This document shows positions 48,362 to 58,047 of a stretch of DNA of 64,000 nucleotides, piece by piece. The DNA is taken from positions 425,497 to 489,496 of the forward strand of contig JACPAK010000001.1 in the NCBI GenBank assembly GCA_016180845.1. The letters are read 5' to 3'. Position 1 is the first letter of the stretch. Each line of letters opens with the position of its first letter. This DNA is from Deltaproteobacteria bacterium (GTDB lineage Bacteria; UBA10199; JACPAL01). The notes beneath the pieces were generated by a model. The model made no database searches, had not been told where the DNA came from, and worked only from the letters and a program-made list of their open reading frames with translations. The translations under genes were made by a program, and so were the position numbers.

Positions 48362-51300
48362 GTGATAGTGAGTGAGCATCAGCAAAATCGGATCTCTCTC
48401 CCCGATCAACTCATGATCGGGGTCGATGTCGGTTCCACGACGGTCAAGGCGACTGTTGTCGATCCCTCCAACCTCCAGATCCTCTGGCAGGATTATCAAC
48501 GTCACGAAACCAGACAGCCGGAAAAGGTCATGGAGTTCCTCGTCCGGATCGGAAACGAATTCAACGACGTCCCGAAGGAGAAGATCCGGGTCTTTATGAC
48601 CGGTTCGGGGGCAGCACCACTTTGTGATCCGGTCGGTGCCAAATTTGTCCAAGAAGTGAATGCGGTCACCCTTACCGTGGAGAAGCTCCATCCCGATGTC
48701 GGTTCTGTTGTGGAGCTCGGTGGGCAGGATGCCAAGATTATTATTTTTAAGGTCAACGAGGAGACCGGGGAAAAGCAGGCGATCAACTCGATGAATGACA
48801 AGTGTGCCTCGGGCACGGGTGCCACCATCGATAAATGCATGATCAAGGTTGGTGCGGAACCAAAACTGGTCCAGGGTCTGGAATACGATGGGACCAAATT
48901 GCATCATGTTGCTGCCAAGTGTGGTGTCTTTGCCGAGACCGATATCGTGAATCTTGTGAAGGCCGCCTTGCCAGCTAGCGAGATCCTGAATTCCTTGGCC
49001 GATGCGATCGTGATGCAGAATCTCTCCGTTCTGACCCGTGGGAATACCCTTCGACACAAGGTATTGTTGCTCGGTGGGCCGAATACGTATCTGCCGTTTT
49101 TGCAGCAGTGTTGGCGGAAGCGGATCCCGGAGACCTGGGAGCAGAGGGGTTACCCGTATCCAAAAGATATTCCGATCGAGGAGTTGATCCTGGTTCCCGA
49201 AAACGCCCAATACTACGCCGCCTACGGGGCCGTCCTTTACGGGATGTATGAGGCAGCCTCTGTCGGACAATATAAAGGGCTCTCCGAACTGAAAGAATTC
49301 ATCGCGCATGGGCGGAAGTCTCGGTTGGGAGAAAAGGCCGGCTCACCCCTCGTTAAAGATATCGAGGAGCTCGAGGTGTTTAAGAAACAGTATACGATAC
49401 CAAAATTCAAACCGGTCAGTTTTCGACCCGGCCAAGGGGTGCGTGGCTATATTGGATTGGATGGCGGTTCGACCTCCTCGAAGGCGGTTCTTGTTGATGA
49501 AAATGGCGAAATACTCTTGAAGGCCTACCAACTCTCCAAGGGAAATCCGATTCAGGATACGAAGGAAATCCTGAAACAGATGAAGGATTATGTCACCTCA
49601 CAAGGGGCGACTCTCGAAGTCTTGGGTTTTGGGGCGACCGGTTACGCAGCTGATGTCCTCGAGTCTTCGGTAAAATCAGACGTGAATATCGTCGAGACTG
49701 TTGCCCATATGATGAGTGCGGTCCATTTCTTCGGCGATGTCGATGTCATTTGTGACATTGGGGGACAAGATATCAAAGTCCTCTTCATGCAAAACGGTGA
49801 TATCAAGAATTTCAAGCTCTCGAATCAATGCTCGGCCGGGAACGGGATGCTCCTGCAGGCGATGGCGGATCAGTTTGGGATCAAGGTGCAAGACTACGCC
49901 GATGTTGCCTTCCAGGCCTCCCTGTCACCGAAATTTTCCTACGGCTGCGCCGTTTTTCTCGATAGTGACCGTGTCAATTTCCAAAAAGAGGGTTTTGCGA
50001 AGGAAGAGCTTCTCGCTGGACTCGCCCAGGTCTTGCCAAAAAATATCTGGCAGTATGTTGTTCAGATCCCGCGTCTTGCCGAACTTGGCCGACGCTTTGT
50101 CCTTCAGGGAGGCACTCAATACAACCTCGCCGCCGTGAAGGCACAGGTCGATTATATTAAGAATAGGGTTCCCGATGCGGAGATCCTGATCCATCCGCAT
50201 ACTGGTGAAGCAGGGGCGATTGGTGCCGCGATGGAGACGCGCCGGGTGGTTCAACGTCGAGGCTATTCAACCTTTGTCGGGCTTGATGCCGCCACTGATC
50301 TCAAATTCAATTCGCGCAATGACGAATCGACCCGTTGTCACTTCTGTCCCAACAACTGCAGCCGGACGTTTATTGATACCGAGACACCGGACGGAGGCAC
50401 GGCACGTTATATCTCAGGATTTAGCTGTGAGAAGGGGACGGTCGAATCGGAAGAGGAGATGGTGAAACTCGCGAAGAAGAGAAATGATCTTAAAAAATCG
50501 TATCCAAATCTGGTCGATTATGAGGCAAAGGCGCTTTTCAAATTCTACGAAACAGAACCACTCCCCGTTGCGGGGACGATTATTCATGATATCGAGGTCA
50601 AAAAGACGCTATTTGGAAATATCAAAAGGATTCCGATTCAACGCCCCTTTAGGAGATCTTCTGAAGAATCTGCGAAGAAGAGGGGGAAGATCCGGATGGC
50701 GATTCCACGGGTCCTGAATATTTACAGTACCGCCCCGATCTGGAGGGCCTATTTTCAAACCTTGGGGATCTCCTCAAACAACATTGTCTTTTCGGATTAC
50801 ACCTCTGAGGAGATGTGGCGTGATGGGGGGAAATACGGATCGATTGATCCCTGTTACCCCTCGAAGGTCGCCCAGGCCCATATCCATAATCTTTTATTCC
50901 AGAAACATTCGGAGGAGAAACCGCTCCACTATATTTTCTTTCCGATCCTGACCCATGTCCCCTCTTTTGTTACAGGATCAATTGACACCGCCGCCTGTCC
51001 GATCGTTGCAGGTTCTCCAGAGGTGATGAAGGCTGCCTTTACGAAGGAGCATGATTTTTTTGCCGAGCGGGGGATTCAGTATCTAGATCCCGCCATGACC
51101 TTAAACGAGCCAAATCTTTTTAAGAGTCAGATGTTCGAGGCGTTTGGTCCAATCCTCGAAGTGACGGAGGATGAGAGTGACTGGGCGGTGGAGCAAGGCT
51201 GGAAGGCCCTAAACATGCTGGATAACGAGATGCAAACAAAGGGGCGTGAGATCCTGGAATGGGCAGAGCGGGAGGGGAAGATGACTCTGCTCATGTTGGG

Positions 51301-51877
51301 TCGTCCCTACCATCTCGATCCGGGCCTCAATCACTCGGTCCTCGATGAGTTTCAGATCCTGGGCTATCCGGTCCTTTCTATCCGATCGATTCCAAAAGAC
51401 CTTGAGTATTTGGGAAGGCTTTTCCAGCAGGATCTTGAGGAAGGGGTCATTCAGTCTCCGCTCGAGATCGGAGATGTCTGGGCCGAGAACTACAGCGCCA
51501 ATAGTTCTCAAAAGGTTTGGGCTTCAAAGTTCGCCGCTCGCCACCGCAATGTTGCTGTGATCGATCTTTCCAGTTTCAAATGTGGGCATGACGCCCCGAC
51601 CTATGGGATTATTGATAAGATCATCAGCACGGCGCATACCCCCTATTCGGCACTGCATGATATCGATGCCAACAAGCCATCTGGTTCGATCAAGATCCGT
51701 GTGAAAACTTATGCCCATACCCTTTCACTCCGCGAGGAGGCCTTAGTTGACCTCAAGAAAAAAGAGGCGGAGCTTCAGAGACGACTTGTGGAGAAAAAAA
51801 TGGAACTTCAACAAAAATTGGTCCCTTTACCGACCTACCATGAAAAGGAGATTAGCCATGGAACTGCCAGCCTATAA
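48362..51877 (+). CDS. tandem BcrAD/BadFG/HgdC-type ATPase (two activase domains) fused to a DUF2229-like domain
   Basis: Two acetate/sugar-kinase-fold ATPase repeats begin IGVDVGSTTVKA and IGLDGGSTSSKA, each with an SNQCSAG- or NDKCASG-type Cys motif. A ~500-aa C-terminal extension carries CHFCPNNCSRT. GTG start with a GGGGAG RBS. Confidence 0.85.
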   Translation: MIVSEHQQNRISLPDQLMIGVDVGSTTVKATVVDPSNLQILWQDYQRHETRQPEKVMEFLVRIGNEFNDVPKEKIRVFMTGSGAAPLCDPVGAKFVQEVNAVTLTVEKLHPDVGSVVELGGQDAKIIIFKVNEETGEKQAINSMNDKCASGTGATIDKCMIKVGAEPKLVQGLEYDGTKLHHVAAKCGVFAETDIVNLVKAALPASEILNSLADAIVMQNLSVLTRGNTLRHKVLLLGGPNTYLPFLQQCWRKRIPETWEQRGYPYPKDIPIEELILVPENAQYYAAYGAVLYGMYEAASVGQYKGLSELKEFIAHGRKSRLGEKAGSPLVKDIEELEVFKKQYTIPKFKPVSFRPGQGVRGYIGLDGGSTSSKAVLVDENGEILLKAYQLSKGNPIQDTKEILKQMKDYVTSQGATLEVLGFGATGYAADVLESSVKSDVNIVETVAHMMSAVHFFGDVDVICDIGGQDIKVLFMQNGDIKNFKLSNQCSAGNGMLLQAMADQFGIKVQDYADVAFQASLSPKFSYGCAVFLDSDRVNFQKEGFAKEELLAGLAQVLPKNIWQYVVQIPRLAELGRRFVLQGGTQYNLAAVKAQVDYIKNRVPDAEILIHPHTGEAGAIGAAMETRRVVQRRGYSTFVGLDAATDLKFNSRNDESTRCHFCPNNCSRTFIDTETPDGGTARYISGFSCEKGTVESEEEMVKLAKKRNDLKKSYPNLVDYEAKALFKFYETEPLPVAGTIIHDIEVKKTLFGNIKRIPIQRPFRRSSEESAKKRGKIRMAIPRVLNIYSTAPIWRAYFQTLGISSNNIVFSDYTSEEMWRDGGKYGSIDPCYPSKVAQAHIHNLLFQKHSEEKPLHYIFFPILTHVPSFVTGSIDTAACPIVAGSPEVMKAAFTKEHDFFAERGIQYLDPAMTLNEPNLFKSQMFEAFGPILEVTEDESDWAVEQGWKALNMLDNEMQTKGREILEWAEREGKMTLLMLGRPYHLDPGLNHSVLDEFQILGYPVLSIRSIPKDLEYLGRLFQQDLEEGVIQSPLEIGDVWAENYSANSSQKVWASKFAARHRNVAVIDLSSFKCGHDAPTYGIIDKIISTAHTPYSALHDIDANKPSGSIKIRVKTYAHTLSLREEALVDLKKKEAELQRRLVEKKMELQQKLVPLPTYHEKEISHGTASL

Positions 51878-53423
51878 AATGGAAGAAGAACTCGCGAAAT
51901 TTGAGGAAGAAGAGCGAAATCGTCTCGGTCTCGCCCCGCATCGAAAGAAGCAGTGGCAGGACAAGATCAACCGTGAGTTTTATGCCGACCAGAGACCCCA
52001 CACGACCATTCTGGTTTCTGGCCTTACGCTCGCCCACGACAGTTTTGTCCAGGCCGGACTCACAGGACTCGGCTATCAAGTCGAGGCGCTTGAAGGGCCT
52101 GACAATGAATCGCTGCAGTTTGGGAAGGAGTTTGGAAATCGTGGGCAGTGCAATCCGACCTATTTTACTGTTGGGAATCTTGTGAAACATCTTGTGAAGC
52201 TCCGTGAGAAGGGACTCTCCTCGCAAGAGGTTGTCGATAAATATCTCTTCCTCACAGCAGGGGCCTGTGGGCCATGTCGATTCGGGATGTATGTAACCGA
52301 ATACCGCAAGGCGCTTCGCGATGCCGGTTTTGATGGCTTTCGTGTGATGCTCTTCGATGCGAATGGCGGCATGAAGCAGGCGACCGGTCGTGAAATCGGT
52401 CTCAAGATTGATCGCCCATTTTTCCTGACCCTCGCAAAGGCGATCCTCGGTGGAGATGCCCTCAATGCGATCATGTACCGAATCCGACCGTACGAGGTGG
52501 TTCCTGGTTCTACAGACAAGGCAATCGCGGAGTGTCGGGAAATTGTTCGGGACGCCCTGCGAGAGGGACGTTCCATTTTCCGCGCCCTTTATCACTGTCG
52601 CAAGGTTCTGCAGAAGGTTGAGGTCGATCGAACCCTCGTGAGACCGAAGGTCACCATCATCGGTGAATTCTGGGCGATGACCACAGAGGGGGAAGGGAAC
52701 TACCGTCTTCAGAGATTTCTGGAGCAGGAAGGGGCCGAGGTCGATATTCAACTGATTACGAATTGGATCCTTTATAACCTCTGGCAGGCAAAGATCGACA
52801 CCCGTCGACGGATGACTCTGAGGGCTGCTGACCTTGAGGCGAGGAAGGGCCTGAAAACGACACAGATCGCAAAACGATTTCTGATCTTGAAAGCTGCCGA
52901 ACTTGCCTTGAAGGGGACCTTTTACACCTTTGCACGACTCTTGGGACTTCGCCCGTATCATCTCCCGGATATGGAAGAGAACGCTGCGCTCGCCTCCGAA
53001 CATTACAACACGGAGCTTCGTGGTGGTGAGGGGCATATGGAGGTGGGCAAGTTGATTCAAACGGTGATCCACAATAAGGCCCATATGGTGATCTCGGTGA
53101 AACCGTTCGGATGCATGCCCTCGTCCGGTGTTTCAGATGGCGTCCAGACGATTATCACCGAAAAACTTCCCCAAGCGATCTTTCTTCCGATTGAGACAAG
53201 CGGCGATGGGGCGGTCAACGTCTACAGCCGGATCCAGATGATGCTCTTCAAGGCAAAACGAGTCGCTGAGAAAGAGTACGAAGAGCTGCTCTCGAAGAAG
53301 GGGCTCACTGTCGAACAGGTGCGGGAGAAGATCCGCGCCGATCGCAAACTTCGAAAGGCGACCCATTATAGTCCTCATGTGGTTGCGGGGACAGCCGCTA
53401 ATTTTCTGTTGGAAGCGGCATAA
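51858..53423 (+). CDS. acyl-CoA-dehydratase-activase-related protein (DUF2229-like)
   Basis: ATG 51858 has an AAGGAG RBS and overlaps the previous gene by 20 nt. The motifs NRGQCNPTYFTVGN and GACGPCRFGMY are typical of the family from memory. Confidence 0.7.
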   Translation: MELPAYKMEEELAKFEEEERNRLGLAPHRKKQWQDKINREFYADQRPHTTILVSGLTLAHDSFVQAGLTGLGYQVEALEGPDNESLQFGKEFGNRGQCNPTYFTVGNLVKHLVKLREKGLSSQEVVDKYLFLTAGACGPCRFGMYVTEYRKALRDAGFDGFRVMLFDANGGMKQATGREIGLKIDRPFFLTLAKAILGGDALNAIMYRIRPYEVVPGSTDKAIAECREIVRDALREGRSIFRALYHCRKVLQKVEVDRTLVRPKVTIIGEFWAMTTEGEGNYRLQRFLEQEGAEVDIQLITNWILYNLWQAKIDTRRRMTLRAADLEARKGLKTTQIAKRFLILKAAELALKGTFYTFARLLGLRPYHLPDMEENAALASEHYNTELRGGEGHMEVGKLIQTVIHNKAHMVISVKPFGCMPSSGVSDGVQTIITEKLPQAIFLPIETSGDGAVNVYSRIQMMLFKAKRVAEKEYEELLSKKGLTVEQVREKIRADRKLRKATHYSPHVVAGTAANFLLEAA

Positions 53424-54015
53424 TTCCGGGCTTGGCGATTGCCGAGATCACGAGTCGATAGATCTCCTCGACAATGATATTTTTTTCAGGTGCCTTCCTC
53501 TGGATCAGCGACTGGTAGAAAATTTCCTTGAAGGCACCGAGGAGGGCGATCGCCATCACTTCGACATTCCCCTCTCTCACAAACCCCATCTCTTGACCCT
53601 GGTTTAACCCTCTCTGGATGAGGTCGAGGAGCTGGCCATAAAAATTCCTGAGTCGTTTATCGAGCTCCGGATCCAAGCCAACCGCCTCATTGAAGAGGAT
53701 CTTGGCCAGCAATGAATTTTTTAAGAGAAGATCTGTGACCCTCTCGATATTTCCACGAAGTTGAGTTGGAATCTTCATCACCGCATCGCGCGGAAGCGTC
53801 CTGACCTCCTCTCGAACGCGTCCAAAAAGCTCCAACATGATCGCATCAAAGATCTCGCGTTTCCCCTCAAAATAAAGATAAAAGGTTCCCCGGGCGACCC
53901 CTGCCTCTTCAATAATATCTGAAACCTGCGTCCGATGATAACCACGACGGCCGAAGGCCTCGATCGCTGCCTTAATCAGTTGACGCCGTCTTTCATCTTT
54001 TGAAAAATGTTTCAT
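53398..54015 (-). CDS. TetR/AcrR-family transcriptional regulator
   Basis: N-terminal HTH motif FGRRGYHRTQVSDIIEEAGVARGTFYLYF. Confidence 0.9.
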   Translation of the reverse strand: MKHFSKDERRRQLIKAAIEAFGRRGYHRTQVSDIIEEAGVARGTFYLYFEGKREIFDAIMLELFGRVREEVRTLPRDAVMKIPTQLRGNIERVTDLLLKNSLLAKILFNEAVGLDPELDKRLRNFYGQLLDLIQRGLNQGQEMGFVREGNVEVMAIALLGAFKEIFYQSLIQRKAPEKNIIVEEIYRLVISAIAKPGIMPLPTEN

Positions 54016-55460
54016 AATCGAATTTCAATCTCAAACAGCTTCGCTACCCTTTGCGTCACCCGATCCATCTCCTTGAGAATAACGTTTACCTTCTTGTTAA
54101 GACCTGTCGTATCGACCTCTGCAAGACCATAGATCGACACTGTTCTTTTGAGATGACCGGGAATCTGTGCTGGCGGATCTCCCCACCAGGGAGGGCGAAA
54201 AAGCGAAACCGCACTCTCCAGTAGAGGTTCTTCCGGTCGTACCGATGGTGGCCGGGATGACTGACTGGTATTGAGGGGTGACGCTGACACCTCAAAAACA
54301 GTCCCGGAATGATCCTTCAATGAATAAACAGCCCCGTTTTTCGAACGAGAAATCGGGGAGATCTGATCGGCACCCTGAATCAGATCAACACTGGGCCAGT
54401 GTTGGTCCCCGGAAAGGACAAGGACTCCTCGAATGGAGTTCTCCTTGATGAAATCGAGGATCTTCTGCCGCTCTTTTTTATAGCCAGCCCAACTATCGAT
54501 TGCTTCTGGCCGATCCCTCGGTCTGTCACCTCCAAAGTCATTCCATGAGACACTTGAAAAGATCACCTTGAGTGGTATTCCGTGTTCTTCGGATTCCTTC
54601 AGGGCTTTGAGCAACCACTTGAGTTGTCTCTTCCCCAACATCGTTTTTCTCCCACCATCTTTCTCAAAGATCGATGAGCGGTACCACCGCGTATCGAGGG
54701 CAAAAAAATCGACGTCAGAGATTCGAAACTGATAGTAGAGTCCTTGTTGAGGTTCGACAAAAGGGTAGCGAGGAAATGTCTCCTTAAAGACGCTCCTCGA
54801 AACCACTTTAAAATGATAATTCCGGTCACCGTTGTTCATCCCATAATCATGATCGTCCCAGATCGCCGCTACCGGTATTCCCCGAAACAGGTTTTGGAAA
54901 TGTCCGTCCAAATTTCTCTGATACTTCCCACGGAACGCCTCCAGGGGTGATCCCTCTCTCTCCTTCTTCTTATTCAGGTCCCCATCGGAATCGGCGTAGA
55001 TACTATCACCCAGGAGGGCCACAAAATCTGGCGACTCTTTTTGAATCGCCTCAAAGACATGATGGGGTTTAAACTTCTCCCGGAAGCAGGAGGAAAAGAC
55101 GAATCGAAATTTCCCCGGTCTTTCCTCTTCCTGAAATCCCTTGAGACTGATCCATTCTCCAGGTGGTGAATGTCCAAACTCAACACGATACTGGTGGGGG
55201 GTCTTTGCCTTGATACCTTCCAGCCAGAGGGTCGTTGAATAATCAGCTGATTTTTTGAGTGGAGACCAGTCGGTCGACTGGATCTTCTGACTTCCCTCCT
55301 CCCGAAAGGAGATCCGCACCCGATCCTCTTCGATTCCCCTCACAAGGATTGGGACTCTTCCGTTTTGAGGGATACCGACGACCGGTGCCCGACTCAGTGA
55401 CCCTTCCGCCCCTGAAACAAAGGGCAAAAAAAGAAAAACGACCGCCAGTAATCGTTTCAT
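54012..55460 (-). CDS. PhoD-like alkaline phosphatase / metallophosphatase
   Basis: Signal peptide from ATG 55460 and LGDSIYAD...WDDHDYG.NNGD metallophosphatase motifs. It overlaps the TetR gene by 4 nt. Confidence 0.8.
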   Translation of the reverse strand: MKRLLAVVFLFLPFVSGAEGSLSRAPVVGIPQNGRVPILVRGIEEDRVRISFREEGSQKIQSTDWSPLKKSADYSTTLWLEGIKAKTPHQYRVEFGHSPPGEWISLKGFQEEERPGKFRFVFSSCFREKFKPHHVFEAIQKESPDFVALLGDSIYADSDGDLNKKKEREGSPLEAFRGKYQRNLDGHFQNLFRGIPVAAIWDDHDYGMNNGDRNYHFKVVSRSVFKETFPRYPFVEPQQGLYYQFRISDVDFFALDTRWYRSSIFEKDGGRKTMLGKRQLKWLLKALKESEEHGIPLKVIFSSVSWNDFGGDRPRDRPEAIDSWAGYKKERQKILDFIKENSIRGVLVLSGDQHWPSVDLIQGADQISPISRSKNGAVYSLKDHSGTVFEVSASPLNTSQSSRPPSVRPEEPLLESAVSLFRPPWWGDPPAQIPGHLKRTVSIYGLAEVDTTGLNKKVNVILKEMDRVTQRVAKLFEIEIRL

Positions 55461-55527
55461 AGGTGTATGGCCCACCGTAGCTCTTAAAAAAAACATAGGG
55501 AAGATTTTTTTCGAGGCGGTGATGAAG

Positions 55528-56697
55528 CTACCTCAACCACCGTCTTGCCCACGGCAAGAAAAGATAACTCGGGAAGGCGAAGAGAAAGGTGAGAAAAAAG
55601 AAGTTCGAATAACCCAGTGATTCAACCGCGAGTCCACTCCAACCCCCAAAAAAACGGGTGAGTCCAAATAACGCCGAGAGAAGCGCATACTGTGTCGCCG
55701 CCTGGCTTTTTTCGCAGATCCTCATGAGGAAGGCGAGAAACGCCGCCGTCCCAAGCCCGCCCGTAAACGATTCGAAGAGTGAGGCGCCATAGAGAAACAT
55801 CTTTGGCAGATTGAGAGCGGCAACGGCACCGTAGTTCAAATTCGAAATCGCCTGTGTGATCCCCAAGACCCAGAGGCCGCGAAAGATTCCATAACGACTC
55901 GTGAAAACCCCTCCTATCATTGCCCCTACGATCGTCATGAGCGCCCCACCAATCGTCGAGATTGCCCCGATCTCCTCCGGTGTCATCCCGCGATCGACCC
56001 AGAACGGTTTCACCATTGGCCCCATCAACAAGTCCCCCATTTTGTAGGTCAGAATAAAAAGGAAGACCGGAATCGCACCGGAACGGGTAATGAATTTTAG
56101 AAACTGTTCCTTCCATTCGTGGCCTGTCTGTCGAGTGACCTCGATCTGCGGGAGGAGTCTGGTCACGAGCGCCATGAGAAGAAACGTCCCACCGAGCAGG
56201 AAATAGATCGCCTGCCACCCGAGGGGCCTCACCAGAAACATGGTTCCTCCGCCACCCGCCATGAGTGCAATCCGGTAGAGACTGACACGAAAGCCATTGA
56301 CGACCCCTTCCTCCCCCTTTTCCACGAGACCGATCGAATAGGCATCGATCGCGATATCCTGCGTCGCCGAGGTCAGTGAGAAGAGAAGAAGAACGGTCCA
56401 CAGGGGGAGGGCGGGATGAGAGGGATCAAAAAAAGGAATCGAGATGACCCAAACTCCCAATCCCAAGAGGCAAACCGAGATCCAGTTTTGGTAGCGCCCC
56501 AAACGATCGACAAGCGGTGACCAGAAGACCTTGATCGCCCATGGCAGGGTCAGAAAAAACATGAATCCGATCTCTTTGAGCGAGACCTGATGCTGACGGA
56601 AGTAGACTGGAAGGACATCGTAGACAATCCCAAGTGGTAGCCCTTCGGCGAAGTAGAGGAGTGAGATCCAGAAGAGTTTTTTTCTGAGAGGGATCAT
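55528..56697 (-). CDS. MFS transporter (AmpG-like)
   Basis: About 12 TM helices with an N-terminal LLYFAEGLPLG motif. Start is ATG 56697 or TTG 56748. Confidence 0.7.
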   Translation of the reverse strand: MIPLRKKLFWISLLYFAEGLPLGIVYDVLPVYFRQHQVSLKEIGFMFFLTLPWAIKVFWSPLVDRLGRYQNWISVCLLGLGVWVISIPFFDPSHPALPLWTVLLLFSLTSATQDIAIDAYSIGLVEKGEEGVVNGFRVSLYRIALMAGGGGTMFLVRPLGWQAIYFLLGGTFLLMALVTRLLPQIEVTRQTGHEWKEQFLKFITRSGAIPVFLFILTYKMGDLLMGPMVKPFWVDRGMTPEEIGAISTIGGALMTIVGAMIGGVFTSRYGIFRGLWVLGITQAISNLNYGAVAALNLPKMFLYGASLFESFTGGLGTAAFLAFLMRICEKSQAATQYALLSALFGLTRFFGGWSGLAVESLGYSNFFFLTFLFAFPSYLFLPWARRWLR

Positions 56698-56707
56698 AAA
56701 ATCTGTC

Positions 56708-57412
56708 TTAAAACCCAAATACTCCTGAATAAAAAGTTCCCTTGCCAACTCCTTTTTTTCTGATCCAGGAAACCTGTCGGAGATCTTTCAAGGCTTGTTG
56801 CCGGCTGATGCTGTAATCAATCACCTCCAAGTAATCTCTCAAACGAAATCTCCTCTTATCTGACACTAACTTTTTGAGGAGGTTAAGCCGGCTGGTGAGA
56901 TCGAAAAGGTAGATCTTCTGCCCCTCTTTGGGTAGCGGTGGATCCGATGCAAGAAACCCCCACTTCTTAAAACCCCAGAGTGGTTTCTGAACCATCTCTT
57001 CCATCTTCCTTCCACCGATCCGGTAAAGCCCCAAGAAAAACAGCTGGAGTGGTACCGTGTGTGCACCGATCATGAAGTATCGCATCAGCTCTTTGACCTC
57101 TAAAGAGGCGGTAATTTCCAAAACATATTCGCCCACCACGGCCATGAGCGGGAGTGCGTCCCATTGAGATAGTTTTTGTTTAAACACTACGGGATTGATC
57201 TGAAATTTTTCTTTTGCAAAGAAATCGATTAATATCTCCAGAAGACGAGGATCGTAGCGGGACTGTAGAAGGGCGAGCACCAAGAGCTCTTCTCCCGAAA
57301 GTGAATGGTAGGACCACGAGGTTTTCTCTCCAACGGAGATCGCCCCTTTTTGGGCAAGTTCCCAATAAAGACGCGATGATTCTTTTTCGCTAAGGGGGAG
57401 GGAGGCGGTCAT
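56708..57412 (-). CDS. hypothetical protein with C-terminal winged-helix-like motif
   Basis: 234 aa. C-terminal ...ISRQQALKDLRQVSWIRKKGVGKGTFY resembles a wHTH. It overlaps the upstream gene through ATGA. Confidence 0.45.
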   Translation of the reverse strand: MTASLPLSEKESSRLYWELAQKGAISVGEKTSWSYHSLSGEELLVLALLQSRYDPRLLEILIDFFAKEKFQINPVVFKQKLSQWDALPLMAVVGEYVLEITASLEVKELMRYFMIGAHTVPLQLFFLGLYRIGGRKMEEMVQKPLWGFKKWGFLASDPPLPKEGQKIYLFDLTSRLNLLKKLVSDKRRFRLRDYLEVIDYSISRQQALKDLRQVSWIRKKGVGKGTFYSGVFGF

Positions 57413-57942
57413 GGGCCGACCCCCATTTCCCCACAGAGGTCATCAAACAAATCAGCTGCCTTTTCGGCCCCCGGAATTTTTTTCTCCAAGAGTTCCTGCA
57501 GGCGATCATCGACAATTTTAAGGATAGCCCCTTTACGAATCAGTGCCTTCGCATGGGGTATGTCTTTCTCCCTTCCCGCAAAACACTTCATCAAAAGAAG
57601 ATCCTCTTTCCCCAATGCCGCAACCTCCAAATTTTTCCCCTTGAAGAGGGAGACCAAGCGAGAACCGTAGTCCTTGGGAAGGAGAAACAGAAAGGCAGAA
57701 AAATAATCATTAAGCCAGGTTTGGGAGATACCGAGTTCTTTGCCGACCTCACGTACCGCCGCCTTGATAACGTGGAGCTCCAAAGAAGACTTATCTGGAA
57801 CCCCATCAACATCTTCCGTCACCACCGGGATCCCATGGGCCGCGATGAGTGCCGCCCCTCCCCCAACAATAATGCGTGTCGGTCGATCTATCCGGTGATC
57901 CAGCACCTCAAAGGCGAGGTGGATTTTATCTTTATCCATCAC
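57409..57942 (-). CDS. minimal nucleotidyltransferase-fold protein (DUF6036/AbiEii-like)
   Basis: GGGAALIAAHGIPVVTEDVDGV (GG.A...G..R/V.T.D.D pattern) and a later K..AGREKD motif. Confidence 0.5.
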   Translation of the reverse strand: MMDKDKIHLAFEVLDHRIDRPTRIIVGGGAALIAAHGIPVVTEDVDGVPDKSSLELHVIKAAVREVGKELGISQTWLNDYFSAFLFLLPKDYGSRLVSLFKGKNLEVAALGKEDLLLMKCFAGREKDIPHAKALIRKGAILKIVDDRLQELLEKKIPGAEKAADLFDDLCGEMGVGP

Positions 57943-58047
57943 TAATAAAATAGCATAGTTACAACATTATGACAACTAATATTATATTGTCGTAAATAAG
58001 AGACCTCAGTGATTACTGAATGATGCTGAATTAAAAAGAAAGTGGTC

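Noticed and set aside
48335-49309. 324-aa minus-strand ORF
   Set aside because: It is entirely antisense to the strongly supported ATPase gene 48362-51877. Its composition is low-complexity and it has no motifs, so it is a shadow ORF.
51852-53084. 410-aa minus-strand ORF
   Set aside because: It is antisense to the DUF2229-like gene 51858-53423 and has no recognisable features, so it is a shadow ORF.
55622-56401. 259-aa alternative-frame ORF inside the MFS transporter gene
   Set aside because: It is on the same strand as the 12-TM transporter frame but out of frame with it. Its R/G-rich composition is typical of an off-frame translation.
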